The notes under the pieces are model-generated. The model worked only from the letters and a program-made list of their open reading frames with translations, ran no database searches and was not told the DNA's origin. DNA of 64,000 nucleotides, from the NCBI RefSeq assembly GCF_009914755.1, contig NC_060945.1, one strand, 5' to 3'. This DNA comes from the human T2T-CHM13v2.0 reference genome, Homo sapiens. Shown here one piece after another: positions 18,993 through 33,500 of the stretch. The translations under genes and the position numbers were made by a program. The number at the start of each line of letters is the position of its first letter. Position 1 is the stretch's first letter.

Positions 18993-19764
18993 GCTGGTAA
19001 TTTTTTTAACAACCAAGTGAATATGCCAAATGGTAACTTGGATCCACAGAAAAAGCAAAGAGAACCAGTAAAGGTAAAGATAATTATATAATGGTAAGAC
19101 TATAAATGCATTTTTCCTTAACATGAATGAATTAAACAGTTTATTAAAAAGGCAGAGATTGTCAGAAAACCTGTGTAAAAACAAGCAAACAAACAAAAAC
19201 AAAAAATAAGACCCAACTATATGCTGTCCACAGGAGATACACCTTTTATTCAAAGATACAAATAGACTGACAGTAAAAGGATGAGAAAAGGTACATCATT
19301 CAAACAGCAGCCACAAGAAAGCTGGAGTGGCTATACTAATCTCATACAAAATAGACATAACAAAAAATTCCTAGAGACATTTTATAACTATAGAAGGGTC
19401 AATCTATCAGGAAAAGCTAACAATTACAAATATGTATGCACCCAACAACAAAACACTACAATACACAAAGCACACAACTGACAGAAATAAGAGTTGGAGA
19501 CTTCAATGTCTCACTTTCTATAATGAATAACCAAGCAGAAAATCAACTAGGAAATAAAAGATATAACATTATAAACAACTAGACATAACAAACATCTATA
19601 AAACACTCCACACAACAAGAAAGTATACATTCTTCTCAACTGCACATAGAACATTCTCTAGAACACACCACCATATGCTAGGCTATAAAGCAAACCTCTC
19701 TAAATTTAAAAGGATATAATACATAAATTATGTTCTCCTACACAATAGAATGAAATTAGGAATT

Positions 19765-20146
19765 GATATAGTTTGAATTTTTGTTCACTCCAAAACTCAT
19801 ACTAAAAGTTAATTCCCATTTTGAAGGTGTCGGGAGGTGGGAACTTTAAGAGGTGTTTGGGTCATGAGGGTTATGTGCTCATTAATGGGTTAATGCCATT
19901 ATCACAGAAATGTGTTCATTATCACAGGAGGAGTACTGTTATAAAAGGGCAGGTCTGGCCTCCCCTTGCTCTCTCTTGCCTTTCCACCTCCCACCATGGG
20001 ATGATGCAGCACAAGGGTCCTGCCAGATGCTGCCCCCTCATTCTTCGATTTCCCAGCCTCCAGAGCTGTGCTAAATAAATTTCTGTTCATTATTAAATAC
20101 CCAGTCTTAAGTATTTTGTTATAGCAGGACAAATTGGAATAAGACA
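19765..20146 (+). mobile_element. ERVL-MaLR solo LTR (MST-like)
   Basis: tgatatagtttg...ggaataagaca; 5-bp TSD ggaat/gaaat. Confidence 0.8.
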
Positions 20147-20848
20147 GAAATCAACAGGAAAAAATTTGGAAAACTCCCAAGCATATGGAAATTGAGCAGC
20201 ACTCTACTAAATAACCAATGGATCAGAGGAAAACAAAAGGGAAATAAAAAAATACCCTGACATAAATGAAAATGAAGACACAACATATCAAAATTTATGG
20301 AATGAAGCTGAAGCAGTGTTAAATGTCTAGCTGCACATGCGTATAATAAGAAAGAAGAAAAATTTCAAATCATTAACCTAGTTTTATCCTGGAAAAAGAA
20401 GAGTAAACTAAACCTAAAGAAAGCAGAAGAAAGAAAAGATAAATATTAGAATGGAAATTAATGAAACAGATATTGAAAAGCACAAGAGAAAAACAATAAA
20501 ACCAAAAACTGAAAAGATTTTTAAAAATTAACAAAACTGTAGCTAGGCTAAGAAAAAAGAGAAGACTCAAATTACTAGAATCAGAAATAAAAAAGGACAT
20601 TACTACAGATCTTACAGAAATAACAAAGGATGATAAAGAAGTAGTATGAACAATCGCATGCCAATACATTAGGTAACTTAGATGAAATGGATACATTCCT
20701 AGAAAGACACAAACTACCAAACCCCACTTAAGATCAGGCAATCTGAACAGACTTATAACAAGCAAAAATACTGAATAAGCAGTAAAACACCATACCCACC
20801 CAGACGGCTTCACCACTAAATTTTACTAAATATTTGAAAAATATTTGA

Positions 20849-21223
<375 letters not shown>

Positions 21224-23793
21224 TCACAAAATATTCTTAAAAATTGAAGAGGGAACACTCAGTTTATGAAGCCAGTATTATCTGATACCAAAACCAAACA
21301 TCACAAGAAAACTACAGACCAGTATCTCTTATGAATATGAACAGACAAATCCAACAAAATACTAAAATGAAATCCAGCAACATATAAAAAGAATTGGACA
21401 CTAAGACCAAGTGGAATTTATTCCAGGAATCCAAGATTGGTTTAATATTTGAAAATTAATATATGCCATATCAATAGAATAAAAAAGCCCACATGATTAT
21501 CTTTATAGCAGCAGGAGGCAGGTAGAGGCAGGTCCCTGGTGTAACGCGACCTTCAAATCAAAGACAGGTTAAAGCCTGAATGTTGGATTGAGAGGGATCA
21601 TGGCGGATGGGAGGTAGGACTAGATTGCAGCTCTGACTCAGAGCAGCATGTGGAGACTTGCATCATGAATTTTTCCTCCAGAACAACTGCAAGAACAAAT
21701 CAAGAAACCTGAGAGGACCCACAGACCCCTTGAAGGAAGCAATTGCTCCTGCAGGACCCAGGAGAGAACCTAAATACTCAGCCACAGCAAGACCCGCCCG
21801 AGGAGAGCTTGAGCTCAGATATGCCTAGCCCTGCCCCCACCCAATAGTCCTTCCCTACCCACCCTGGTAACTGAAGACAAAGGGCATATACTCTTGGGAG
21901 TTCTAGGGCCCCACCCACTGCCTGTTCCTCCCCATACTACCACAGCTGATGCTGTCTGGAAAGTGCCACCTCTTGGCAGGAGGCCAACCAGCACAAAATA
22001 GTGCATTAAACCGCCAAAGCTAAGAGCCCTCACAGAGTCCATTTCACCCCCCTGCCACCTCCACTGGAACAGATTCTGATATACATGGCTGAGAGACCCA
22101 CAGACAGTTAACATCACAGGACTCTGTGCAGACAACCCCCAGTATCAGCCTGGAGCCTGGTTGACTTGCTGGGTGGCTAGATCCAGAAAACAGATAACAA
22201 TCACTATAGCTTGGTTCTCAGGAAACCACATCATTAGGAAAAGGGGGAGAGTACTACATCAAGGGAATATCCCATGGGACAAAAGAATCTGAACAACAGC
22301 CTTCAGCTCTAGACCTTCCCTCTGAGAGAGGCTACCCAAGTGAGAAGGAACCAGAAAACCAACTCCGGTAATATGACAAAACAAGGTTCTTTAACACCCC
22401 CCAGAATCACACTAGCTCACCAGCAATGGGCCCAAACGAAGAAGAAATCCCTGATTTACCCAAAAAAGAATTCAGGAGGTTTGTTATAAAGCTAATCAGT
22501 GAGGTACCAGAGAAAGGCAAAGCCCAATCTAAGGAAATCCAAAAACTGATATAAGAAGTGAAGGGAGAAATATTCAAGGAAATAGATAGCATAAATAAAA
22601 AACAATCAAAGCTACAGGAAACAATGGACACATTTATAGAAATGCAAAATGCTCTGGAAAGTCTCAGCAGTAGAATTAAACAAGTAGAAGAAAGAAATTC
22701 AGAGCTCAAAGACAAGATCTTTGAATTAACCCAATCCAACAGAGACAAAGAAAAAAGAATAAGAAAATATGAACAAAACCTCCAAGAAGTCTGGGATTAT
22801 GTTAAAAGACCAAACCTAAGAATAATCAGTGTTCCCGAAGAAGAAGAGAAATCTAAAAGTTTGGAAAACATATTTGGGGGAATAATCAAGGAAATGTCTC
22901 CAGCCTTGCTAAAGACCTAGACATCCAAATACAAGAAGCACAAAGAACACCTGGGAAATGAATCACAAAAATATCATTGCCTAAGCACAATGTAATCAGG
23001 TTATCTAAAGTTAAGGCGAAGGAAAGAATCTTAAGAGCTGTGAGACAAAAGCACCAGGTAACCTATAAAGGAAAACCTATTATATTAATAGCAGATTTCT
23101 CAGCAGAAACCCTACAAGCTAGAAGGGATTGGGGCACTATCTTCAGTCTCCTCAAACAAAACAATTATCAGCCAAGAATTTTGTATTCAGCAAAAGTAAA
23201 CTTCATATATGAAGGAAAGACACAGTCTTTTTCAGACAAATGCTGAGAGTATTTGCCTGTACCAAGCCACCACTACAAGAACTGCTAAAAGGAACTCTAA
23301 ATCTTGAACCAAATCCTGGAAAAACATCAAAACGGAACGTCTTTAAAGCATAAATCTCACAAGACCTATAAAACAAAAATATAATTTAAAAAACAAAAAC
23401 AAAAAGCCAAGGTATACAGCAACATATAGCATAATGAATGGAATGGTGCCTCACATCTCAATACTAACATTGAATATAAATGGCCTAAATGCTCCACTTA
23501 AAAAGAACTTGCAGAAACTTAAGGTACACAGGTGGAAAAGACATTTCATGCAAATGGACACCAAAAGTTAGCAGGAGTAGCTATTCATATAACAGACAAA
23601 ACAAACTTTAAAGCAACAGCAGTTTAAAAAGACAAAGAGGGACATTATATAATGATAAAAGGCCTTGCCCAACAGGAAAATATCACAATCCTAAACATAT
23701 ATGCACCTAACACTGGAGCTCCCAAATTTATAAAGCAATTACTAATAGACCTAAGAAATGAGATAGACAGCAACACAATAATAGTGGGGGACA

Positions 23794-24122
<329 letters not shown>

Positions 24123-27100
24123 TCATCAAGACAGAAAGTCTACAAAGAAACAATGGATTTAAACTATACCCTGGAACAAGTGGACTTAACAGATATATAC
24201 AGAACATTTCATCCAGCAACCAAAAAATATACATTCTATTCAGCACGTGGAACTTTCTCCAAGATAGACCATATGACAGGTCGCAAAATGAGCCTCAATA
24301 AATTTAAGAAAATTGAAATTATATCAAGCACTCTCTCAGACCACAGTGGAATAAAAATGGAAATCAATTCCAAAAGGAACCTTCAAAACCATGCAAATAC
24401 ATGGAATTAAATAATTTGCTCCTGAATGATCATTGGGTCAAAAATGAAATCAAGATGGAAATTTAAAAAATTCTTCAACTGAACGACAATAGTGACACAA
24501 CCTATCAAAACCACTGGGACACAGCAAAGATGGTGCTAAGAGGAAAGTTCATAGCCCTGAACACCTACATCAAAAAGTCTGAAAGAGCACAAACAGACAA
24601 TCTGAGGTCTCACCTCAAGGAACTAGAGAAACAAGAACAAACCAAACCCAAACCCAGCAGAAGAAAGGAAATAACTAAGATCAGAGCAGAACTAAATGAA
24701 ATTGAAACAAACAAACAAAAACAATACAAAAGATAAATGAAACAAAAAGCTGGTTCTTTGAAAAGGTAAATAAAATTGATAGACCATTAGCAAGATTAAC
24801 CAAGAGAAGAAGAGAGAAAATCCAAATAAGCTCAATAAGAAACAAAATGGGAGATATTACAACTGACACCACAGGAATACAAAAGATTACTCAAGGCTAC
24901 TATGAACACCTTTACATGCATAAACTAGAAAACGTAGAAGAGATGGATAAATTCCTGGAAAGATATAACCCTCCTAGCTTTAATCAGGAAGAATTAGATA
25001 TCCTGAATAGACCAATAACAAGCAGTGAGATTGAAATGGTAATTTAAAAGTTACCAAGAAAAAAAGTCCAGGACCAAATGGATTCACAGCAGAATTCTAC
25101 CAGATATTCAAAGAAGAATTGGTATCAAGCCTATTGAAACTATTCCACAAGATAAAGAGATAACCCTCCCTAAATCATTCAATGAAGCCAGTATCACCCT
25201 CATACCAAAACCAGGAAAGGACATAACCAAAAAAGAAAACTACAGACCAATATCCCTGATGAACACAGATGTTAAAATCCTTAACAAAATACTCACTAAC
25301 TGAATCCAACAACATATCAAAAAGATAATCCACCATGATCAAATGGGTTTCATGCCAGGGATGCAGAGACAGTTTAACATACACAAGTCAGTAAATGTGA
25401 TACACCACATAAACAATTAAAAACAAAAATCACATGATCATCTCAAAAGATGCAGAAAAAGCATTCAACAAAATCCAGCATCGCTTTATGATTAAAACTC
25501 TCAGGAAAATTGGCATACAAGGGACATCTATGAAAAACCCACAGCCAACATAATACTGAATGGGGAAAAGTTGAAAGCATCCCCTCTGAGAACTGGAACA
25601 AGACAAGGATGCCCACTCTCACCACTCCTCTTCAACGTAGTACTGGAAGTCCTAGCCAGAGCAATCAGCCAACAGAAAGAAAGAAAGGTCATCCAAATCG
25701 ATAAAGAGGAAGTCAAACTGTTGCTTTTTGTTGATGATAGGATCGTTTACCCAGAAAACTCTAAAGACTCCTCCAGAAGGCTCCTAGAACTGATAAAAGA
25801 ATTCGGCAATATTTCCAGATACAAAATGTATGTACACAAATCAGCAGCTCTTCTATACACCAACAGCAACCAAGCTGAGAATCACATCAAGAACTCAACC
25901 CCCTTTACAATAGCTGAAAAAAAAATTTAGGAATATACCTAAATGAGGTGAAAGACGTCTACAAGGAAAACTATAAAACACTGCTGAAAGAAATAATAGA
26001 TGACACAAACAAATGGAAACACATCCCATGCTCATGGATGGGTCGAATACATATTGTGAAAATGACAATACTGCTAAAAGCAATCTACAAATTCAACACA
26101 ATTCCCATCAAAATATCACCATCATTCTTAACAGAATTAGAAAAAACAATTCTAAAATTCACATGGAACAAAAAAAAAAAAAAGCCCGCATAGCCAAAGC
26201 CAGAGTAAGCAAAAAGAACAAATCTGGAAGCATCACATTACCTGATTTCAAACTATACTATAAGGCCATAGTCACCAAAACAGAATGGCACTGGCATAAA
26301 AATAAGCACACAGACCAATGGAACAGAACAGAGAACCCAGAAATAACCCAAATGCTTACAGCCAACTGATCTTCAACAAAGCAAACAAAAACATAAAGTG
26401 GAGAAAGGACACCCTTTTCAACAAATGGTGTGGGGTAATTGGCTAGCCACATGTAGGAGAATGAAACTGGATCCTCATCTTTCACTTTATACAAAAATCA
26501 ACCCAAGATTGATTAAGGACTTAAATCTAAGACCTGAAACTATAAAAATTCTAGAAGATAACATTAGAAAAACCCTTCTAGACACTGGCTTAGGCAAGGA
26601 CTTCATGACCAAGAGCAAATGCACTAAAAACAAATATAAATTGCTGGGACTTCATTAAACTGAAGAGCTTTTGCATGGCAAAAGAATAGCAGCGTAAACA
26701 GCCCACAGAGTGGGAAAAAAATCTCCACAACCTATACATCTGACAAAGGACTAATATCCAGAATCTACAATGAACTCAAACAAATCAACAAGAAAAAAAA
26801 ATCCCATCAAAAAGTGGACTAAGGACAATTCTCAAAAGAAGACATACAAATGGCCAACAAATATATGAAAAAATGCTCAACATCACTAATGATCAGGGAA
26901 ATGCAAATCAAAACCACAATGTGATACCACCTTACTCCTGCAAGAATGGCCATAATCAAAAAATAGTAGATGTTGACATGGATGTGGTGATCAGGGAATA
27001 CTTCTACACTGCTGGTGGGAATGTCAACTAGTACAATCACTATGGAAAACAATGTGGAGATTCCTTAAAGAACTAAAAGTAGAACTACCAGCAATTGATC

Positions 27101-27462
27101 CAGCAATCCCACTACTGGATATCTACCCAGAGGAAAAGAAGTGATTTTATGAAAAAGATACTTGCACATGCATGTTTATAGCAGCACAATTCGCAACTGA
27201 AAAAAATGTTGAAGCAACCCAAATGCCCATCAAACAACGAGTGGATAAAGAAATCGTGATGTATATATATATGAATACTGTATAGCCACAAAAAAGGAGT
27301 GAATTAATGGCATTCGCAGCAACCTGGATGAGATTGTAGACTATTATTCTAAGTGAAGTAACCCAGGTATGGAAAGCCAAACATTGCATGTTCTCACTCA
27401 TAATTGGGAGCTAAGCTATGAGGACGCAAAGGCATAAGAATAATATAATGGACTTTGGAGAC

Positions 27463-29772
27463 TGATAGAATTTGGCTGTGTCCCCACCCAAATCTCATCT
27501 TGAATTCCCATATGTTGTGGGAAGGACCCAGCAGGAGGTAACTGAATCACGGGGCAGGTCTTTCCTGTACTGTTCTCATGATAGTATATCTCATGAGATT
27601 TGATGGTTATTATATGGGGGAAGTTTTCCTGCACAAGCTTTCATTCTCTGTTTGCCTGCTGCCATCCACATAAGATGTGACTTGCTCTTCCTTGCCTTCC
27701 ACCATGATTGTGAAGCTTCCCCAGCCATGTAAAACTGAGTTCTCCATTAAACCTCTTCCCTTTGTAAAGCCTTTCCTTTGCCCAGTCTTTCCTTTGCCCA
27801 GTCTTGGGTATGTCTTTATCAGCAATGTAAAAATTGACTAATACAGTAGATTGGTATTCAGTAGAGTGGGGTGCAACTTAAAAGATACCCAAAAATGTGG
27901 AAGCAACTTTGGAACTGAGTAACAGGCTGAGGTTGGAACAGTTTGGAGGGCTCAGAAGAGACAGAAAATTGTGGGAAAGTTTGGAACTTCCTGGAGATTT
28001 GTTGAATGGCTTTGACCAAAAGCCTGATAGCGATATGAACAATAAGGTCCAGGCTGAGGTGGTCTCAGATGGAGATGAGGAACTTGTTGGGAACTGGAAC
28101 AAAGGTGACTCTTACGTTTTAGCAAAGAGACTGGTGGCATTTTTCCCCTGTTGTAGAGATATCTGGAACTTGGAGCTTGAGAGAGATGATTCAGGGTATC
28201 TTGCAGAAGAAATTTCTAAGCAGCAAAGCATTCAAGATGTGACTTGGGTGCTGTTAACGGCACTCAGTTTGATAAGGGAAACAGAGCATAAAAGTTCAAA
28301 AAATTTGCAGCCTGACAATGTGGTAGAAAAGAAAAACCCACTTTCTGAGGAGAAATTGAAGCCGGCTGCATAAATTTGCATAAATAACAAGGAGCTGAAT
28401 ATTAATCCTCTAGACAGTGGGGAAAATGTCTCCAGGGCATGTTAGAGGTCTTCACAGCAGCCCCTCCTATCACAGTCCTGGAAGCCTGGGAGAAAACAGT
28501 TTCATGGGCCAGGCCCAGGGTCCCTGTGTTGTGTGCAGTCTAGGGGCTTGGTTCTCTGCATCCCAGCCACTCCAGCTGTGACTGGAAGGAGCCAAGGTGC
28601 AGCTTGGGCTGTTACCCAAGGGTGGCGGCCCCAAGCCTTGGCAGCTTCCACGTGGTGTTGAGCCTGTAGGTGCACAGAAGTCAAGAATTAAAGTTTGGAA
28701 ACCTCCACCTAGATTCCAGAAGATGTATGGAAATGCCTGGATGCCCAAGCAAAAGTCTGCTGCAGGGGTGGGGCCCTCACGGAGAATCTCTGCTGGGGCA
28801 GTGCAGAAGGGAAATGTGGGGTTGGAGCCCCCACACAGAGTTCCTCCTGGGGCACTGCCTAGTGGAGCAGTGAGAAGAGGGTCACAATCCTCCAGACTCC
28901 AGAATGGTAGATCCACAGACAGCTTGCACTGTGGGCCTGGAAAAGCTGCCGACACTCAATGCCATCCCATGAAAGCAGCCAGGAGGGAGGCTGTACCCTG
29001 CAAAGCCACAGGGGCTGAGCTGCCCAAGACCATGGGAATCCACCTCTTGCCTCAGTGTGATCTGGATGTGAGACATGGAGTCAAAGGAGATCATTTTGGA
29101 GCTTTAAGATTTGACTGCCCCACTGGATTTCAGATTTGCATGGGGTCTGTAGCCCCAGCGTTTTGGCCAATGTCTCCTATTTAGAATGGCTGTATTTATC
29201 CAATGCCTGTAGCCCTACTCTATCTACGAAGTAACTAACTTGCTTTTGATTTTGCAGGCTTATAGGCAGAAGGGACTTGCCTTGTCTCAGATGAGACTTT
29301 GGACTGTGGGCTTTTGAGTTAATGCTGAAGTAAGACTTTGGGGGACTGTTGGGAAGGCATGATTGGTTTTGAAATGTGAGGACATGAGATTTGGGAGGGG
29401 CCAGGGGTGGAATGATATGGTCTGCCTGTGTCCCCACCCAAATCTCATCTTGTATTCCCATGTGTTGTGGGAGGGACTTGGTGGGCAGTAACTGCATCAT
29501 GGGGGCAGGTCTTTCCTGTGTTGTTCTCATAATAGTAAGTCTCACAAAATCTGATGGTTAGTATAAGGGAGAGTTTTCCTGCACAAGCTCTCACTCTGTC
29601 GTTGCCTGCTGCCATCCACATAAGATGTGACTTGCTCCTTCTTGCCTTCTGCCATGATTGTGAGGCTTCCCCAGCCACGTGGAACTGTGAATTCTCCATT
29701 AAACCTCTTTCCTTTGTATGTTGCCCAGTCTCAGGTATGTCTTTATCAGAAGTGTGAAAATGGACTAATACA
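27463..29772 (+). mobile_element. Complete THE1A-like MaLR provirus: 5'LTR 27463-27845, internal 27846-29412, 3'LTR 29413-29772
   Basis: Two direct LTRs (tgata...ctaataca); polypurine tract before the 3'LTR; MaLR ORF remnants 27897..28373 and 28597..29184; degenerate 5-bp TSD gagac/aggac. Confidence 0.93.
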
Positions 29773-30222
29773 AGGACTTGGGGAAAGGGTGGGAAGGGAG
29801 TGAGGGATAAAATACTATAAATAGGGTGCAGTGTATATTGCTCGGGTGATGGGTACACCAAAATCTCGCAAATCACCACCAAAGAACTTATTAGTGTAAC
29901 CAAACACCACCTGTTTCCCAATAACCTATGCAAATAAAATAAAATTTAAAAATTGCTACAGAAAAGGAAAAAAAAACCTGAATGCCAAGCTCCAAATCTC
30001 AGATAAATCCATGGACCGGATTGAGAACCTCTCTTCCCATTTGATGTGCTTTCCTCTGATTGACCCCCACCCTTCACCTATTTTACATATACCTACCCTT
30101 CCCTAATTGTTTTTTTTACATTTTTACATTGTTGTTTCCATCTTTGAGTGGTGCCTTTGTTTTAGCCTTTTTTGCATACTCACAAACCAATCACCACACA
30201 CTCCCCCATTCTGAGCCCATAA

Positions 30223-30566
<344 letters not shown>

Positions 30567-33500
30567 TCAGGCACAGGGAGGACTACCTGATTTTGGGTAA
30601 GGGTAGTGCACCCAACTCGTGTCCCCCTCTCTGCTGAGAGCTGTTTTGTCACTCGATAAAATTCTCCGCCCTGCTCACTCTTTGGTTGTCTGCATAACCT
30701 CATTCTTCTTGGACGCGGGACAAGAACCTGGGACCCGCTGAACAGCAGGTGCAAAAAGGAGCTGTAACACTGTAGCCCTCCTTTACTCCCCTGATGCCAG
30801 CTGGCCCATGCAATGGGAGTGTTGGTGGGGCCAGGCCAGCCTGGGAGCCATGGGCCAGAGTGGGGTGATGGGAATAACTGAACAGAAGTCCTGCTGGCTA
30901 AAGAAGCTTCCAGCTGGCAAAGCAGCAACAACAACAAAAATCCTGCATCAACCTCAGTAAACACAGAAAAAGCTTTTGAAAAAAATCCAAAACCCTAAGA
31001 ATATAAGGGAAATTTACCTGATAAAGGGCAACTACAAAAACCCACAGTTAACATACTCAATGGATACTTAATGGATCCTTCCTCACAACTGAGATCAGGA
31101 ACACCCAGGGGCTGGGGATTTCACAAGATGTGAAGACCAGTAGGAAAGGGTGGGGTGCACTTTAGTGCACTATCTGCACACCACCCAACACTCCTACTTT
31201 CTTGAATGAGGAGACTGCAGTCCAGAGGGGCCTGGCTACTGTAAGCCTGGGCAAAGGCAGTGATGTCCCTGCTCAGGAATCCTTGGGTATTAGAGAAGCT
31301 GAGGCCTTTTCCACTCTCTGCCTTGCACAGTCAACTCTTGAGTGAGGGGGCTGGTACACCCAGAGGATGGTCACAATTCCTCTAGAGGTATAATCTAGGC
31401 AGACAGTGCTGTCTTGCTGATCTGGTGTTATTAACTTCCCTGAGGAAAAAAATCACCTGAATTCTTGTTTGATCAGTCTCACAGCTAAAAACCCCAGGGA
31501 GTCATGGTCCCACTTCAGACCTGGGGGGCCTGGTACTTGGGATATGTAGCAAGATCCCAGCAGAGTTTTGTGCAGTGAGCTGTAGGGGGCCATGGGACCC
31601 AATATGCCCTCTGCAGTGTCCCCCACCCCCTCACAGAAGAGGAAAAGTTCAGGAGTGGCCTCCTGAACACCTGAGACGCACCTCAGGGATCTGTATTTTA
31701 AATTAGGGGTGCTGGGGTAAGAAGACATAAGAAAAGCTCCTTCTAGCCCAGCCAAGTCTGGCCTCCTTCCTGCAAGGTTTAGATCCTGGGGGCTTTGGGC
31801 TATTTTCCTGAGAAGAATGCCAACCTCATCCTCAGCTCTCTGCTCAACATCCAGCCCTGTGTAAAAGCTCTAGGCTTGCCTCATGCTAACTTGCTTGAAT
31901 AATGTGTATTTTCTGCACTCCTTCAGAGAGAGGCCAGCCCTTTTCTCCCTAAATGCAGTGAAAGGAGGTTGTGCCATTGTCTTGCCTGCCAGGTTGCTGG
32001 TGGACATGGCTGTAAGGGTCATAATTAAGGGGGGTCTCAGGACAGAGAGGCCAGGCATCCCTTGTGCTCACCCACCTGGTCCCCAAGGCAGCCCAGTTCT
32101 TGGTAAAGAAATACTGCCAGGCAATAGCTGGGCTCTTGTGGGACAGGGCTAGTGGAACCTACTTGGGTGTCTCCATTGCGAGCAGAACGTAATAGCTGTG
32201 TGTAGAAGGTCCCACTGGATGAAGGGCCAGTGGAACCTTCCTCTGATGCCCAAACACTTCCATCTATCTGCAATTACAAAAATCTGATTTGTGTCTGCAC
32301 AAGATAAGGGTGGAATCCCTAAATTTAAGAACCCCAAAACAAAAGCAAACAAACCAAGGTGTCTCCCACAACTTCCTAAGAAGTTTCCAAACTCTCTCCA
32401 GGGTCTTGGCTGGGGGCATGTGGGTTCAAGGGCCCCCATTTTGCCTTGGAGACCAGGATGGGGCCTCACAGGGCAGAGCTGCAGGGAACAGTAATGGGCC
32501 CATGGGCTCACAGGGTGTCATGCTGTGGAGACAAACTGCCCATAGTGGAGATACCCAAGTAGGGCCCCAGCCAGCCTGGGGGAAATTTGATTCCCTTGTT
32601 GGTTGCAAGAGGAGCAGGGTCTGGCTGAACAGGCCTGGGGCCCTGCAGAGGTGGGGATCTGGAACAGTAGACAAGAGAGAGCCAGAGCTTGACAGAGGGC
32701 CAGGGGAGCCCAGGATCACCAACTCTCCACTTCCGTCCTCACTGCTCCCTTTCCCCAGGCAGGGGCATGGGGTCAGGAGGGCACATAGTCCAGGGCTTGA
32801 GAGCCCAATAGCCTTCCTGCTGTCTCTGTCCCTGCTGGTGGGTACAGGTGGGGTATGTCCAGATACTGCCTGGGGGCCCAAGGCCTTACCCCCCGCAATC
32901 CAATTATTAGATGATGATTCCTCCTTTTGGTGGCAGGAAAGTCTGGCAATTGTGTTGCTTGTACTTCTGGCAGGGACAGCAGCCCCTGTAGAGGATGGTC
33001 CGCAGCGTCCAGAGATGGTGGGTTCCTGCAGCCCAACTTCTCAACAGCACCTTCTCACTGCAAGTCAACAAATGGGGTCCTCAGCTTGGCCCCAGGGTCT
33101 CCACCCTGAGAGACCAACACTGCTGGCAGGGCCAGATTTGCGAAGTGGCTGTGGCCCAGAATCTTGTGGATCAAACGGAGAAATTGATGGAGCACAGAAA
33201 ATTTCTGTGGCTGAACTGGCCATGGAAATGGCAGCCTGGGCAACAGGTTCATGAAAACAGACTTTTCACACCTGGTCCTGCTCTCCAGGCCTGAGCGAAC
33301 TCCATGTGTTCCTGGTCAAAGCTGGGGGCGGGTTTCCCCCACCCCCTTGCCCGGGCCCATCCCCTGTCCACCTGGGGATGCTGGAGGCAGCCTTTGGGGT
33401 AGGCCAGGCCTGTGCTGGCCACCAAGCTGTGGCGACTACCACCACCCACTCATGGAACTGGAAGGTGCCTCTGGGTGAGGGCGGGCCACACTCAGCTAGG

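Noticed and set aside
27897-29184. 158-aa and 195-aa ORFs
   Set aside because: MaLR (THE1) internal ORF remnants in different frames, not a host gene.
29930-29976. Possible short 3' transduction after the L1PB1 tail (ttgctacag between A tracts)
   Set aside because: Too short to distinguish from a decayed A tail.
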